A stretch of DNA of 54,583 bases from Minisyncoccota bacterium (GTDB taxonomy: Bacteria > Patescibacteriota > Minisyncoccia > Phycocordibacterales > UBA9973): NCBI GenBank assembly GCA_036517215.1, contig DATDXF010000026.1:1-54583 (forward strand), given 5' to 3'. A model generated the notes under the pieces. That model made no database searches, was not told where the DNA came from, and worked only from the letters and a program-made list of their open reading frames with translations. A program made the position numbers and the translations under genes. The first letter of the stretch is position 1; the number at the start of each line of letters is the position of its first letter. Below, piece by piece: positions 26,895-36,571 of this stretch.

Positions 26895-27846
26895 CTTTAG
26901 TCGGAGAATTTTTTTGTGGGTGCTTTCGACTTTCCTCCTGGCGGGGCAGGTGTATGCGGCAGATCTTACTTGGGCCGTGGATCGCACCATAGAACTTTCC
27001 TCTCCCGATATAAATATGACGGTTTTGTCGGGTTCGGAAGCCACCACTTTTACAATCAATGTGGGTGCTATTGAGGTAGTGGTCGCTACGGGCGATACTT
27101 TTACGGTTACTTCCGCGAGCAGGGAATTGGATATTACCGGCGAAACCACTTCGGTGGCGGCGAGCTCCTGCTCAGGTTCTACTGCTACTGCCACTGTCAC
27201 CGGCGGTCCTGACGGGGAAACTATCACCATTGCACCAAAGAGTAACCAATGCGGTTCCGATACGGCACCCCGTATTACTAGCAGTGGCTCAGTGGCAACC
27301 AGAATCGCGCCTGCTTATATTTCTCCTGTGCCTACCGCTCCGGTTTCTGGCACAACTTATAATTTCGGCGCTGCAATTTTAAGAAACGGCAGCAGGGGTG
27401 AAGCCGTCAAAGAACTGCAAAGATTTTTGAATGCGACCATGAATCTGGGCCTGGTTGTTGATGGAATATTGGGTCCGAAAACGATTGCGGTCATAAAAGG
27501 CTGGCAATCCGCCAATGGCCTTGTCCCTGACGGGCTCGTCGGTCCGGTCACCAAGGCGAAAATGAACAACGCAATCCTCCCTTCACAGCCCTCAGCTACT
27601 CCGGCTGCCCCTCCTACTGCCCCTAAATATAATTTTGGAACGGGCACAGTCGTTTTGGGTTCCCAGGGAGAAAATTGCAAAGCTTGGCAGAATTATTTTA
27701 ACGATAAAATGGGTGCCAAGCTTGTGGCGGACGGATATTGCGGCCCGCTTACTATCGCCGCCGCCAAAATCTGGCAGCAATCAGTAGGGCTTACTCCAGA
27801 CGGCATCTTGGGATCTTTGAGCCGCGCCAAGGCTCTTGCTCAATAA
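26881..27846 (+). CDS. Secreted protein with two peptidoglycan-binding (PG_binding_1-like) repeats
   Basis: GTG start. Signal peptide ...LLAGQVYA. Two copies of the G..G..V..LQ..LN....L.VDG..GP.T..A.K.WQ...GL.PDG..G pattern. Confidence 0.8.
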   Translation: MKKNNFSRRIFLWVLSTFLLAGQVYAADLTWAVDRTIELSSPDINMTVLSGSEATTFTINVGAIEVVVATGDTFTVTSASRELDITGETTSVAASSCSGSTATATVTGGPDGETITIAPKSNQCGSDTAPRITSSGSVATRIAPAYISPVPTAPVSGTTYNFGAAILRNGSRGEAVKELQRFLNATMNLGLVVDGILGPKTIAVIKGWQSANGLVPDGLVGPVTKAKMNNAILPSQPSATPAAPPTAPKYNFGTGTVVLGSQGENCKAWQNYFNDKMGAKLVADGYCGPLTIAAAKIWQQSVGLTPDGILGSLSRAKALAQ

Positions 27847-27955
27847 CCCCCATTTTTGATAATCGCTTTTTATCTCCAAAACCTATAGCATGAATATTGA
27901 AACAAATGTATAATTAAAGAATCTGCTTAAAAATTATAAGATAAATTTTTGAAAT

Positions 27956-30175
27956 ATGTTTAAACAAAAACTTTTAGTAGTTACTGGTCTTGTCTTAATT
28001 GTGCTTAATTTCCAGACACCGGTTTTTGCAGCCATGACTTTCTCTTCCGTGGCGATCTCGGGTGATACTGCGTCCACCGTAGACGTGGGTGCGGGGAATG
28101 CTTTGTCACTCCAGACGAATAACAATGGCAATATCATAACCGGCACCGGCAATTTCGGCATAGGCACTGGAAGCCCAGGGGAGCTTTTATCGTTGGGTCT
28201 TGCCGGAACCACCAAGGGCGTGATTTCCCTGGCGGGCAACACTTCGGGGAAAATAATAATTCAGCCCGCCGCTGCGGCAGGTGCCTACACACTCACTCTC
28301 CCGACAGACGACGGTACCGCGAGCCAGTTTCTACAGACGGACGGCAACGGCGTATTGACCTGGGCCACACCTTCCGGTTCCGGTAATGCGCTGACAACTA
28401 ATCCCTTGTCTCAATTTGCGGCAACCACCTCATTACAACTCCTAGGTGTTATTTCAGACGAAACTGGTTCTGGAGCACTTGTGTTTGCTACATCGCCGAC
28501 ACTCACAACTCCAAACCTGGGCACTCCAAGTGCGGCTACGTTAACAAATGCGACCGGTTTGCCTATTAGTACTGGTGTATCCGGACTAGGCACTGGCGTA
28601 GCGACATTTCTCGCGACCCCTTCTTCTGCAAACTTAGCGTCCGCAGTGACCGATGAAACCGGTTCAGGCGCGCTGGTATTCGCGACATCTCCGAGCTTTA
28701 CCACTCCTTCTCTCGGCGCGGCCACAGCATCCGGACTGACACTTTCGGGCATTACCGGTTCGACTCAATGCCTGCATGTGGATACGAACGGCGTAGTTTC
28801 CGGCACTGGCTCCGACTGCGGCGCGGGCGGCGGCGCGACTTTAGCGGCAAACACTTTTACCAATACCCAAACAATTAACCCGGCAAATAACGAAGCAGCC
28901 CTGACAATTAACCGCAACACTACTGGAGTAGGAACTATTGCGACAGACAGTGGAAGTACCACTATTACCGGTACCGGAACTAGTTTTCTCTCTCAAGTTC
29001 GCTCAGGTGATACTATTACACCAAGCGGCCAGTCTGTAAGAACGGTCAATTATGTGACGAGCGACACGTCGCTTACCTTGACGGCGAACGCATCGGCCAC
29101 GGCTTCAGGAATAGCATACACTCTAGGTTCGTCCGGTTTCAGTATTTATCCTAATGCTGTTTTCACAATTTCTCCCTCTTCTCCGAGCACTGGCGGAACT
29201 CGCTCGGAAGCATGGGGTAACGGTGCTTCGGTTGCTGCTTCTCTGACTGATAGTCTAGCAGTTGGCTTTGGTGCGTCTGTCACTACTACTGGAGGCGGCA
29301 TAGCTATCGGGCGATCTTCGTTATCTACCCGGGGAGGTATTGCCATAGGCACCAATACCACTTCCAGTGGAATCAGCGGTGCCCTTGCTATATGCAATGC
29401 CTGTACGGTCTCGGGGCAGTCCTCTGTAAGTATTGGTGGCGGGAACGTTACAGGTACTGGTACTATATCAATCGGAGCCCCCGCTACCAGCGTGAGCCGA
29501 TCTATCCTTTTAGGTATCAATGCGGCCGCTTCGGCCGACCATCAATTGGTATTTGGCGGAACGACCGCGTCAGTTAACTACATGACGGATACTTATTTTA
29601 ACAATCCAACCGACTCGTCAGCTACTGGTATAACTTTACACTCATCGGGCGGAAGCGGAACAGACAACGCGGGTTCGGATTTCGGCATAGCAGCCGGAGT
29701 CGGCACGGGTACAGCAGATCCCGGCGATGTTTTCATAAATACCGGCTTTCCAATAGCCTCAGGCACCACCGCGCAACAGTCGGCCAGCCGTACTTACATC
29801 CGGGCGACGCCCAAGACATTGACGGAATCAAGCGCCACCGGAATCACGGACATATCCGTAGCGTCGGGCACCATTACCGGCGGAACTTTGTACTATACCG
29901 TTGAGGCGAATGACGGCACCGATTATCAAGTAATCCGAGGTTCGGTCCCATTTTCAGCCGTAAACAAAGCCGAGACGCTTACGACCACGCTTGGTACGCC
30001 GGTTGAGACCACTACCGCTTCTTCTGGGACGCTTACCGATACGATCACAATCACCACCGGTACGAATGAAATTACATTAAACATTAATGCGGTCAGTTCG
30101 CTTACTCAGACCGTGCTACGCGCCACTTGGAGTGTAGTCCTCGATGGAGGTACCGGCGCCGTAAGCCCTTTATAA
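27956..30175 (+). CDS. Secreted Gly/Thr/Ser-rich tail-fibre-like protein (739 aa)
   Basis: Signal peptide. Two DETGSGALVFATSP(T/S)(L/F)TTP repeats (about 28456-28500 and 28650-28696), which are also present in the 32172 giant protein. Confidence 0.7.
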   Translation: MFKQKLLVVTGLVLIVLNFQTPVFAAMTFSSVAISGDTASTVDVGAGNALSLQTNNNGNIITGTGNFGIGTGSPGELLSLGLAGTTKGVISLAGNTSGKIIIQPAAAAGAYTLTLPTDDGTASQFLQTDGNGVLTWATPSGSGNALTTNPLSQFAATTSLQLLGVISDETGSGALVFATSPTLTTPNLGTPSAATLTNATGLPISTGVSGLGTGVATFLATPSSANLASAVTDETGSGALVFATSPSFTTPSLGAATASGLTLSGITGSTQCLHVDTNGVVSGTGSDCGAGGGATLAANTFTNTQTINPANNEAALTINRNTTGVGTIATDSGSTTITGTGTSFLSQVRSGDTITPSGQSVRTVNYVTSDTSLTLTANASATASGIAYTLGSSGFSIYPNAVFTISPSSPSTGGTRSEAWGNGASVAASLTDSLAVGFGASVTTTGGGIAIGRSSLSTRGGIAIGTNTTSSGISGALAICNACTVSGQSSVSIGGGNVTGTGTISIGAPATSVSRSILLGINAAASADHQLVFGGTTASVNYMTDTYFNNPTDSSATGITLHSSGGSGTDNAGSDFGIAAGVGTGTADPGDVFINTGFPIASGTTAQQSASRTYIRATPKTLTESSATGITDISVASGTITGGTLYYTVEANDGTDYQVIRGSVPFSAVNKAETLTTTLGTPVETTTASSGTLTDTITITTGTNEITLNINAVSSLTQTVLRATWSVVLDGGTGAVSPL

Positions 30176-30816
30176 TTCTGGCGCTGGGCGATAGCAAGAC
30201 AGCGCCGGACTCTCAAACTTGGGCCTATATATTGGCTCAATCCATAAAGACGACTGCCAATACTCAATGGCGAGCGATTGAACTTGGCCGTGGCGGATAT
30301 AGGGTTGATAACACTCTAAATAATCTCACAACGAATAACGACGGCCAGTTTTCTTCCGCCATTATTCCTAGTGCTCTTACTAATTGTCAAACAAGCACCA
30401 ATTCCCTGGACCATTGCCGAGAAGCCCTTAACGGTGCTCAACCTGAGTACATACTTATCAATCTCGGGGTCAATGATGTGGGATTTACGCCGCCCTGGTC
30501 ACTGCCCAACCAGACTACCTGGCAGAATAATTATATTGCGATTTTAGACGCTCTGAACGCACAATGGCCTGATTCGCTCATTTACATTACCAAACCCTGG
30601 AAGGCGCAGAGCGGGGGAGATGATGCTGTGTGGGACACCATGGCCGGATGGATAGATAACGTAGTTGCGGCGCGTCCGGCGTTTACCTTTGTAGGGGATG
30701 ACGAGCGGGCATGGTTTGAGCCGAACACGGCTACGTATTCCGACGACGACATTCATTATAATGCCGAAGGACAGGCCGCTGCCGCAGACGCCAAGCAAAC
30801 GGCGTTGGGCTACTAG
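30127..30816 (+). CDS. SGNH/GDSL-family hydrolase (esterase) domain ORF; no convincing own start or signal peptide
   Basis: Block I ILALGDSKT and block V DDDIHYNAEG (DxxH). The only in-frame start is TTG at 30127, which overlaps the upstream gene by 49 nt. The frame is -1 relative to the fibre gene. Confidence 0.65.
   Translation: MECSPRWRYRRRKPFIILALGDSKTAPDSQTWAYILAQSIKTTANTQWRAIELGRGGYRVDNTLNNLTTNNDGQFSSAIIPSALTNCQTSTNSLDHCREALNGAQPEYILINLGVNDVGFTPPWSLPNQTTWQNNYIAILDALNAQWPDSLIYITKPWKAQSGGDDAVWDTMAGWIDNVVAARPAFTFVGDDERAWFEPNTATYSDDDIHYNAEGQAAAADAKQTALGY
30166..30206 (+). promoter_or_regulatory. Candidate programmed -1 ribosomal frameshift signal
   Basis: Slippery heptamer C_CCT_TTA (30166-30172) in the fibre-gene frame, directly before its TAA stop (30173-30175). 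A 7-nt spacer follows, then stem GGCGCTG (30180-30186) / CAGCGCC (30200-30206). Confidence 0.4.
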
Positions 30817-30831
30817 GAGCTGCTACAAGGA

Positions 30832-32070
30832 ATGTATTTTAAAATTGAGAAAAAATTAAAGGGCGGATTGGGCAGGGCGGGGATTATAAAAACCGCACAT
30901 GGAGAAATACATACTCCGGCTTTTGTAGCTGTCGGGACAAAGGCGACAGTAAAATCGCTCAATCCAGAACAAGTCCGCGAGACGGGCACAGAAATCGTGC
31001 TTGGAAATACATACCACCTATATCTCCAGCCCGGAGATGAAATAGTCCGTGACGCAGGGGGTATCGGTAGGTTTATGAATTGGCCCGGTCCGACGATGAC
31101 GGACTCAGGCGGTTTCCAGGTTTTTTCTCTGGGCGCTGCTTACGGAAAAGATATTTCCAAAATAACCAAAGTCACCGACCCGTCGCTCCTGATTCCTGAA
31201 CGTTTTGACGATTCCGACGCGCCGCGTCTCGCGAAAATAGGGCAAGACGGGGTTTCCTTCAAGTCGCACCTAGACGGCAGTATTCACTACATTACTCCCG
31301 AAAAATCAATCCAAATCCAGCACAACCTGGGCGCGGATATAATTTTTGCTTTTGATGAATGCACCAGCCCGGCGGAAGATTTGAAATACCAGGAAGAAGC
31401 TCTAGAGCGGACGCACCGCTGGGCAGAGAGGAGCTTGGAAGAACATTTAAAGCTGGAGAATCAGAAACAAGCTCGTTCTCAGATTCCCGTCTCTCCTCAA
31501 GCCTTGTTCGGTATTGTCCAAGGCGGCAGGGAAGAGTCATTACGTAAAAAATCCGCTAAAATTATTGCCGAAACAAATGTGAACGGGCAATATTTTGACG
31601 GCTTCGGCATTGGCGGCTCTTTCGCCAAAGAAGACATGTCTACGGCTGTTAAGTGGGTAAGCGGAATTCTGCCGGAAGACAAGCCCAGGCATCTCTTGGG
31701 CATTGGCGAGCCGGAAGATTTATTCATGGGGGTGGAAAACGGCGTAGATCTTTTTGATTGTGTTTTACCCACTCGGCTCGGCAGAAACGGCACCTTGTAT
31801 ACGAAATCGGGGAAAATAATAATAATGAATACCAGATTTAGGGATGATTTTTCCCCGGTGGAAAAAGATTGCGGATGTTATACATGCAAGAACTACACGA
31901 GGAGTTACATAGCCCACCTTTTTCACGGGAAGGAGATGCTCGCGGGCACCCTGGCTTCAATACATAATTTGTATTTCATAGTTAATCTGGTAAAAAATAT
32001 CCGTCAGTCAATTTTGGATGGAAAATTTCAAGAATTTAAGGAATATTTTATGAAGGAATATACAAGCTGA
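30832..32070 (+). CDS. tgt: tRNA-guanine transglycosylase (queuine tRNA-ribosyltransferase)
   Basis: TPAFVAVGT, DSGGFQVFSL, LFGIVQGG, LLGIGEPEDL, FDCVLPTR, and the zinc site CGCYTCKNYTRSYIAHL. Confidence 0.95.
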   Translation: MYFKIEKKLKGGLGRAGIIKTAHGEIHTPAFVAVGTKATVKSLNPEQVRETGTEIVLGNTYHLYLQPGDEIVRDAGGIGRFMNWPGPTMTDSGGFQVFSLGAAYGKDISKITKVTDPSLLIPERFDDSDAPRLAKIGQDGVSFKSHLDGSIHYITPEKSIQIQHNLGADIIFAFDECTSPAEDLKYQEEALERTHRWAERSLEEHLKLENQKQARSQIPVSPQALFGIVQGGREESLRKKSAKIIAETNVNGQYFDGFGIGGSFAKEDMSTAVKWVSGILPEDKPRHLLGIGEPEDLFMGVENGVDLFDCVLPTRLGRNGTLYTKSGKIIIMNTRFRDDFSPVEKDCGCYTCKNYTRSYIAHLFHGKEMLAGTLASIHNLYFIVNLVKNIRQSILDGKFQEFKEYFMKEYTS

Positions 32071-32171
32071 TTTTGCCAAGTTATCCACATTATTGCTTAT
32101 TTTTAGGGCACGGAGTTGTTATAATGTCATAAGGGCATCATTCTCTTGACCCCAAGAATTAGTTAGAAAAA

Positions 32172-35100
32172 ATGGTAAAGAAAAAAATATTTTTAACAAA
32201 ATTGGCAATTTTAGGGCTTTTTGCTTTAGTTTTTTTCTTTGGCTTCAGCGCTTCCGCAGCCGAATCTTCGCCCCGGGTTACCGCTATCAAAAACTCGTAT
32301 AACAGCTACGTATCCTTTTTTACAAATATATCCGACAAGCTCTCTTCTTCAGGCATTACCTTGGACGCCAACACCCTCTCTTCCGGCTACAACACATATC
32401 AATCCACCCTTACCGCTTCCGTCGAGGACGTCTCCGATGCCGTGTACAACTTCTTCTCCGGCATAATTTCTTTCTTTACGGGAGGTAACGAAGAAACCAC
32501 CACCGCGGAAACTCCTGTTCCCAATCAAGATCCGCAAAACCCTACAGTCAAACCTTACACCAGTCCGCCGTCTCTTCCTCCGCAGTTAGTTCAGGTGGCA
32601 GCGCCGATAAGCAGGCTCGACCTAATAAGCGCTATCAAGGAAGTCCTAAGGCAGGAGGAATTCAACCTTAGTTCAGCTGGAGTTTCACGAATTCAGGGTC
32701 CACAGGGTCCACAGGGACCGCAAGGGCCTACGGGTCCGCGCGGAGAAAGGGGGCCCTCTGGAGACAGCGTTGATATGTCTTCTTTCGTAACAAGGACATT
32801 ATTTGATGCCCAGACAAACGGCACAATGACCTCCATTGAAAATAGCGTTGAAACTTTATCTAAATCTTTAGCGAAAGAGGTCAGCACGGAATTGCTTACC
32901 GTTTCCGGCAATGCCACGGTGGGCGGAAACTTAACCGTTACCGGCACAATTACCGGAACGGGCCCGCTTACAGGCACCGGCCTCACTCTCTCGGGACCTC
33001 TTTCTTTTACCGGCACTAACCATGCGGGTATCACGATAAACAATCTAACTACCGCGCAAAGAGATCTTTTGACTCCGGCCGCTGGCATGACTATCTTCAA
33101 TACTACAGTTACCAAGATGCAGGTGTACAACGGCACGACCTGGAAGAACGTCGGCAATCCAGAAATAGGCGGGGAAGTCGGCAGCGGTACCGCAAATTCC
33201 ATTCTCTTCGTAGACGCCTCGGGCAACCTGGGACAGGATAATGCCAATTTTTCTTTCAACGACGCCACGAACGCACTTACTGTAGGCGGAGCGCTGACCG
33301 CGGCATCCATCAACGGCAATACTATAACCACGGGCACAGGAACATTGACCTTGGGTGCAGGAAGCACTCTCTCAACCTCTGCTACAAACGCAATTACCCT
33401 TACTTCAACTGGCGCAACAAACGTAACCCTTCCAACTTCAGGAACTTTGTATGGTACTGCTACGGATTCAATTACTTCCGCGAATTTACTCGGTTCAGTT
33501 TCTGATGAGACCGGCTCGGGGGCATTGGTGTTTGCAACAAGCCCAACAATTACTACTCCGATTTTTGCTACAAATATAACTACACCTTTGGTTCTCGGCG
33601 GAACAGGAACTACTCAAGACTTATCTTTGCAAACTACTTCCGGCGTCGGCGCAACGGGGGCCGATATGCATTTCCTTGTAGGCAACAACGGAGCGACAGA
33701 GGCAATGACTATTTTAAATAATGGCAACGTCGGCATCGGGACAACAGGACCGGCTTCTTTGCTACACGTTGCGACATCTACTACTGCAACAGGCACAACA
33801 ACTTTTGAACAAGCATCCGCTGATACTGATTCGTATGATTTAAATTTCCGTAAAGCCCGCGGAACAGTTGACTCTCCCGGGGTAATTACCACAGGAGATG
33901 AGTTGGGTGTGATTAATTTTAAAGGATATGGTGGTGCTACTACCGGTTATGTTACTGGCGCGGCAATCAAGAGCTTTTCGACAGCTACGATTGGCGATAA
34001 CCAAGTTCCTGGAGTACTGTCTTTTTGGACTGGAACTGATAGCACCATACCATCAGTTTTAACAGAGAGAATGACACTCGACGGTGCCGGCAATGTTGGC
34101 ATAGGAACCTCACTTCCGATTGGCGGTACTTGGACCAGAAAGCTGCAAATGACTAATGCGGGTTCAGTCGGTATATCTCTAAAAAATACCTCTTCTGTGG
34201 CTCGTCAATGGGATATAGGAAATAATTCGTCTGTCGGAGACGGAGTTAACGATCTTGATTTTTTTGACGCTACGGCCGCACAACATAGATTAGTAATAAA
34301 AGGAGATAGTGGATTTGTCGGCATCGGCACCATTACCCCCCTTCTTAAACTCGAAGTCGCTGGTTCAGTCAGATTCACCGGCACAGCGACTTCTGTCTTG
34401 ACGGGAACTATAGACCCGACAGCTTCCGCAACCGTCACAGGTGTAAGTACTCTCTTTACTACTCAATTGGTAGTTGGAGACCGCATTACTGTTTCAGGCG
34501 AAACGAGGACAGTCACAGCCATCGCTTCTAACACAAGCCTCACTGTTGATACTGCTTTTTCCGATGTTGCATTTGACCCTTCTCCGGATAAACTCGCAGC
34601 CATTTTTGTAGCAAGAGATTCTAGTAATGCTGTCAAAATAATTGTGAATGACCTCGGCAACGTCGGCATCGGAGTATCGCCAAGCGACAAACTCGACGTA
34701 AATGGAAATATAAATATTCCTGCCGGACAGTATTACAAATACGGCGGTGTAAACATGATTTCTGCTGTTACAGCCAGCAACAATTATTTCTTCGGCTTAA
34801 ACGCAGGAAACTTCACGGCGACAGGCGATAGTGCAATTGGTATAGGACTAAGCGCCCTCAATGCGCTCACTTCGGGACGTTTCAATATGGCTATCGGCAC
34901 AAATACTCTCAGGAGCATAACAACTCAAAGCAACAACACCGCTGTTGGTTTCAATGCCTTAGGTTCTGCCACAAACACTGGCCATGAAAATACCGCTCTA
35001 GGCAGTGGTGCATTATCTACAAACACAAGCGGTGCTGATAATACAGGTCTCGGATATTCTGCTCTAACTGCTCTCACTACCGGTTCAAGAAATATTGGTG

Positions 35101-36521
35101 TGGGTAGTTTCGCTGGCTCCAGCAATTCGACTGGCTCTGATAATATTGTAATTGGATACAATATCATGGGTGCCACAGGTACTAATTTCAACAGTAATAC
35201 CATCGTCGGCTCCGGCGCTGGAGTGGGTTCTGGGGCTAATGTATTCAACAACAACTCCATTTTTGGCTTCCAAGGCGGTTCCACTATCACGACCGGCTCC
35301 AACAACCTACTGTATGGCTACAAAGCGGGCAATAATCTTACAACGGGTTCAAACAACATAGTCATCGGCTATGACATCGATTCTCCGACGGCGACAAATT
35401 CAAATACCATGACGATTGGCAACCTTATTTTCGCTACGGGGCTTGATGGCACAGGAACAACTTTGTCTACCGGCAGTGTCGGTATCGGGATAGCCGCGCC
35501 GACAAACATACTTCATGTGACAGGCACTCCAGCCACCGGCACACATACGGCTAGAATAGCTAATACGCTAGGAGGCACAACCCAAAATAATGGACTATTA
35601 ATTCTAGCCGGAAATGATACCGGTGTAGCCGCGTCCGAAATGATTACTTTTCAAAGACCAGATGCTACGGTCATAGGCAGTATTTCGCAAAATGCCGCCG
35701 CTACTGTGGCTTACAATACTTCCTCTGATAAGCGTATTAAAGAAAATATCACACCTACTTCTTTTGGACTATCGGACTTGGTAAAGATTAATGTCTCTGA
35801 TTTTACTTTCACCAGCGATCCCAATAAAGAAAAGATGACCGGATTCATTGCTCAAGATTTAAACAGTATTTTTCCGCAAGCGGTCACCGGAAACGGCGAC
35901 AACGGCACAAGTCCCCTAAAATCAGGCATGACGCCTTGGATGATTGATTATTCTAAACTGACTCCGCTCCTTGTTAAATCAGTGCAAGAGCTTAATTTAA
36001 ATTTGGAAGCAGTCGCTGGCACTATTACTCCACTCTCCGATTCTGCAACAGAGACTTTTGTTACTGCTTTCTTTAATAATATCTACGCTAAAATTGGCAC
36101 GTGGCTGGCAGATGCGGGGAATGGGATAATGAATATATTTGCCAAAGAAATAAATACCAAGACATTGTGCGTCTCGGATGACACTGGGTTAAAAACCTGC
36201 ATAACAAAATCACAACTTGATGTACTGCTTTCAAATGCCGGATCAGCGCCAGCGCCAACACTCGAACCGGCTCCAGAACCAGAAGTTACTCTCCCGACCG
36301 AAGTCGGGACCCCGACAGAGGTCGGGGCAGAACCAGCGCCTGAACCCGAACCGACACTAGAACCCACTCCTGAGCCCGAAACAGAACCCACACCAGAAGT
36401 TATAGAGGAACCAGCACCAGAAGTTGTCTCTGAGCCTACACCAGCGTCTGAACCCCTCGGCAGTAGCACTACGGGCGATGCAGCTCCGGAACCCACCCCC
36501 GAAGAGGCTCCGGCACAGTAA
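32172..36521 (+). CDS. Giant secreted tail-fibre-like protein (1449 aa) with a collagen-like triplet run, an S74-type intramolecular chaperone domain and a Pro/Glu-rich tail
   Basis: Signal peptide. GPQGPQGPQGPTGPRGERGPSGD (32696-32765). DETGSGALVFATSPT repeat. SSDKRIKENITP...MTGFIAQDLNSIFPQAV...IDYSKLTPLLVKSVQELN (~35721-36010) matches the endosialidase-chaperone (Peptidase S74) pattern. PAPEPE-type low complexity at the C-terminus. Confidence 0.8.
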   Translation: MVKKKIFLTKLAILGLFALVFFFGFSASAAESSPRVTAIKNSYNSYVSFFTNISDKLSSSGITLDANTLSSGYNTYQSTLTASVEDVSDAVYNFFSGIISFFTGGNEETTTAETPVPNQDPQNPTVKPYTSPPSLPPQLVQVAAPISRLDLISAIKEVLRQEEFNLSSAGVSRIQGPQGPQGPQGPTGPRGERGPSGDSVDMSSFVTRTLFDAQTNGTMTSIENSVETLSKSLAKEVSTELLTVSGNATVGGNLTVTGTITGTGPLTGTGLTLSGPLSFTGTNHAGITINNLTTAQRDLLTPAAGMTIFNTTVTKMQVYNGTTWKNVGNPEIGGEVGSGTANSILFVDASGNLGQDNANFSFNDATNALTVGGALTAASINGNTITTGTGTLTLGAGSTLSTSATNAITLTSTGATNVTLPTSGTLYGTATDSITSANLLGSVSDETGSGALVFATSPTITTPIFATNITTPLVLGGTGTTQDLSLQTTSGVGATGADMHFLVGNNGATEAMTILNNGNVGIGTTGPASLLHVATSTTATGTTTFEQASADTDSYDLNFRKARGTVDSPGVITTGDELGVINFKGYGGATTGYVTGAAIKSFSTATIGDNQVPGVLSFWTGTDSTIPSVLTERMTLDGAGNVGIGTSLPIGGTWTRKLQMTNAGSVGISLKNTSSVARQWDIGNNSSVGDGVNDLDFFDATAAQHRLVIKGDSGFVGIGTITPLLKLEVAGSVRFTGTATSVLTGTIDPTASATVTGVSTLFTTQLVVGDRITVSGETRTVTAIASNTSLTVDTAFSDVAFDPSPDKLAAIFVARDSSNAVKIIVNDLGNVGIGVSPSDKLDVNGNINIPAGQYYKYGGVNMISAVTASNNYFFGLNAGNFTATGDSAIGIGLSALNALTSGRFNMAIGTNTLRSITTQSNNTAVGFNALGSATNTGHENTALGSGALSTNTSGADNTGLGYSALTALTTGSRNIGVGSFAGSSNSTGSDNIVIGYNIMGATGTNFNSNTIVGSGAGVGSGANVFNNNSIFGFQGGSTITTGSNNLLYGYKAGNNLTTGSNNIVIGYDIDSPTATNSNTMTIGNLIFATGLDGTGTTLSTGSVGIGIAAPTNILHVTGTPATGTHTARIANTLGGTTQNNGLLILAGNDTGVAASEMITFQRPDATVIGSISQNAAATVAYNTSSDKRIKENITPTSFGLSDLVKINVSDFTFTSDPNKEKMTGFIAQDLNSIFPQAVTGNGDNGTSPLKSGMTPWMIDYSKLTPLLVKSVQELNLNLEAVAGTITPLSDSATETFVTAFFNNIYAKIGTWLADAGNGIMNIFAKEINTKTLCVSDDTGLKTCITKSQLDVLLSNAGSAPAPTLEPAPEPEVTLPTEVGTPTEVGAEPAPEPEPTLEPTPEPETEPTPEVIEEPAPEVVSEPTPASEPLGSSTTGDAAPEPTPEEAPAQ

Positions 36522-36571
36522 AACCTTTACATTTTTTTGGCAGTTGCTATACTGTCTTTCAGTTTAATTTA

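Noticed and set aside
18917-32089. Three perfect DnaA-box 9-mers TTATCCACA (18917-18925, 21510-21518, 32081-32089) as a possible oriC
   Set aside because: They are scattered over 13 kb, one lies inside proS coding sequence, there is no cluster with an AT-rich unwinding element, and no dnaA or dnaN is nearby. Isolated regulatory boxes or chance in AT-rich DNA are more likely.
32693-36496. Long minus-strand ORFs inside the giant fibre gene (for example 32693..33367 and 36083..36496) and inside rpoB/rpoC
   Set aside because: They are antisense shadows of repeat-rich or strongly biased coding sequence. The sense frames carry clear domain signatures.
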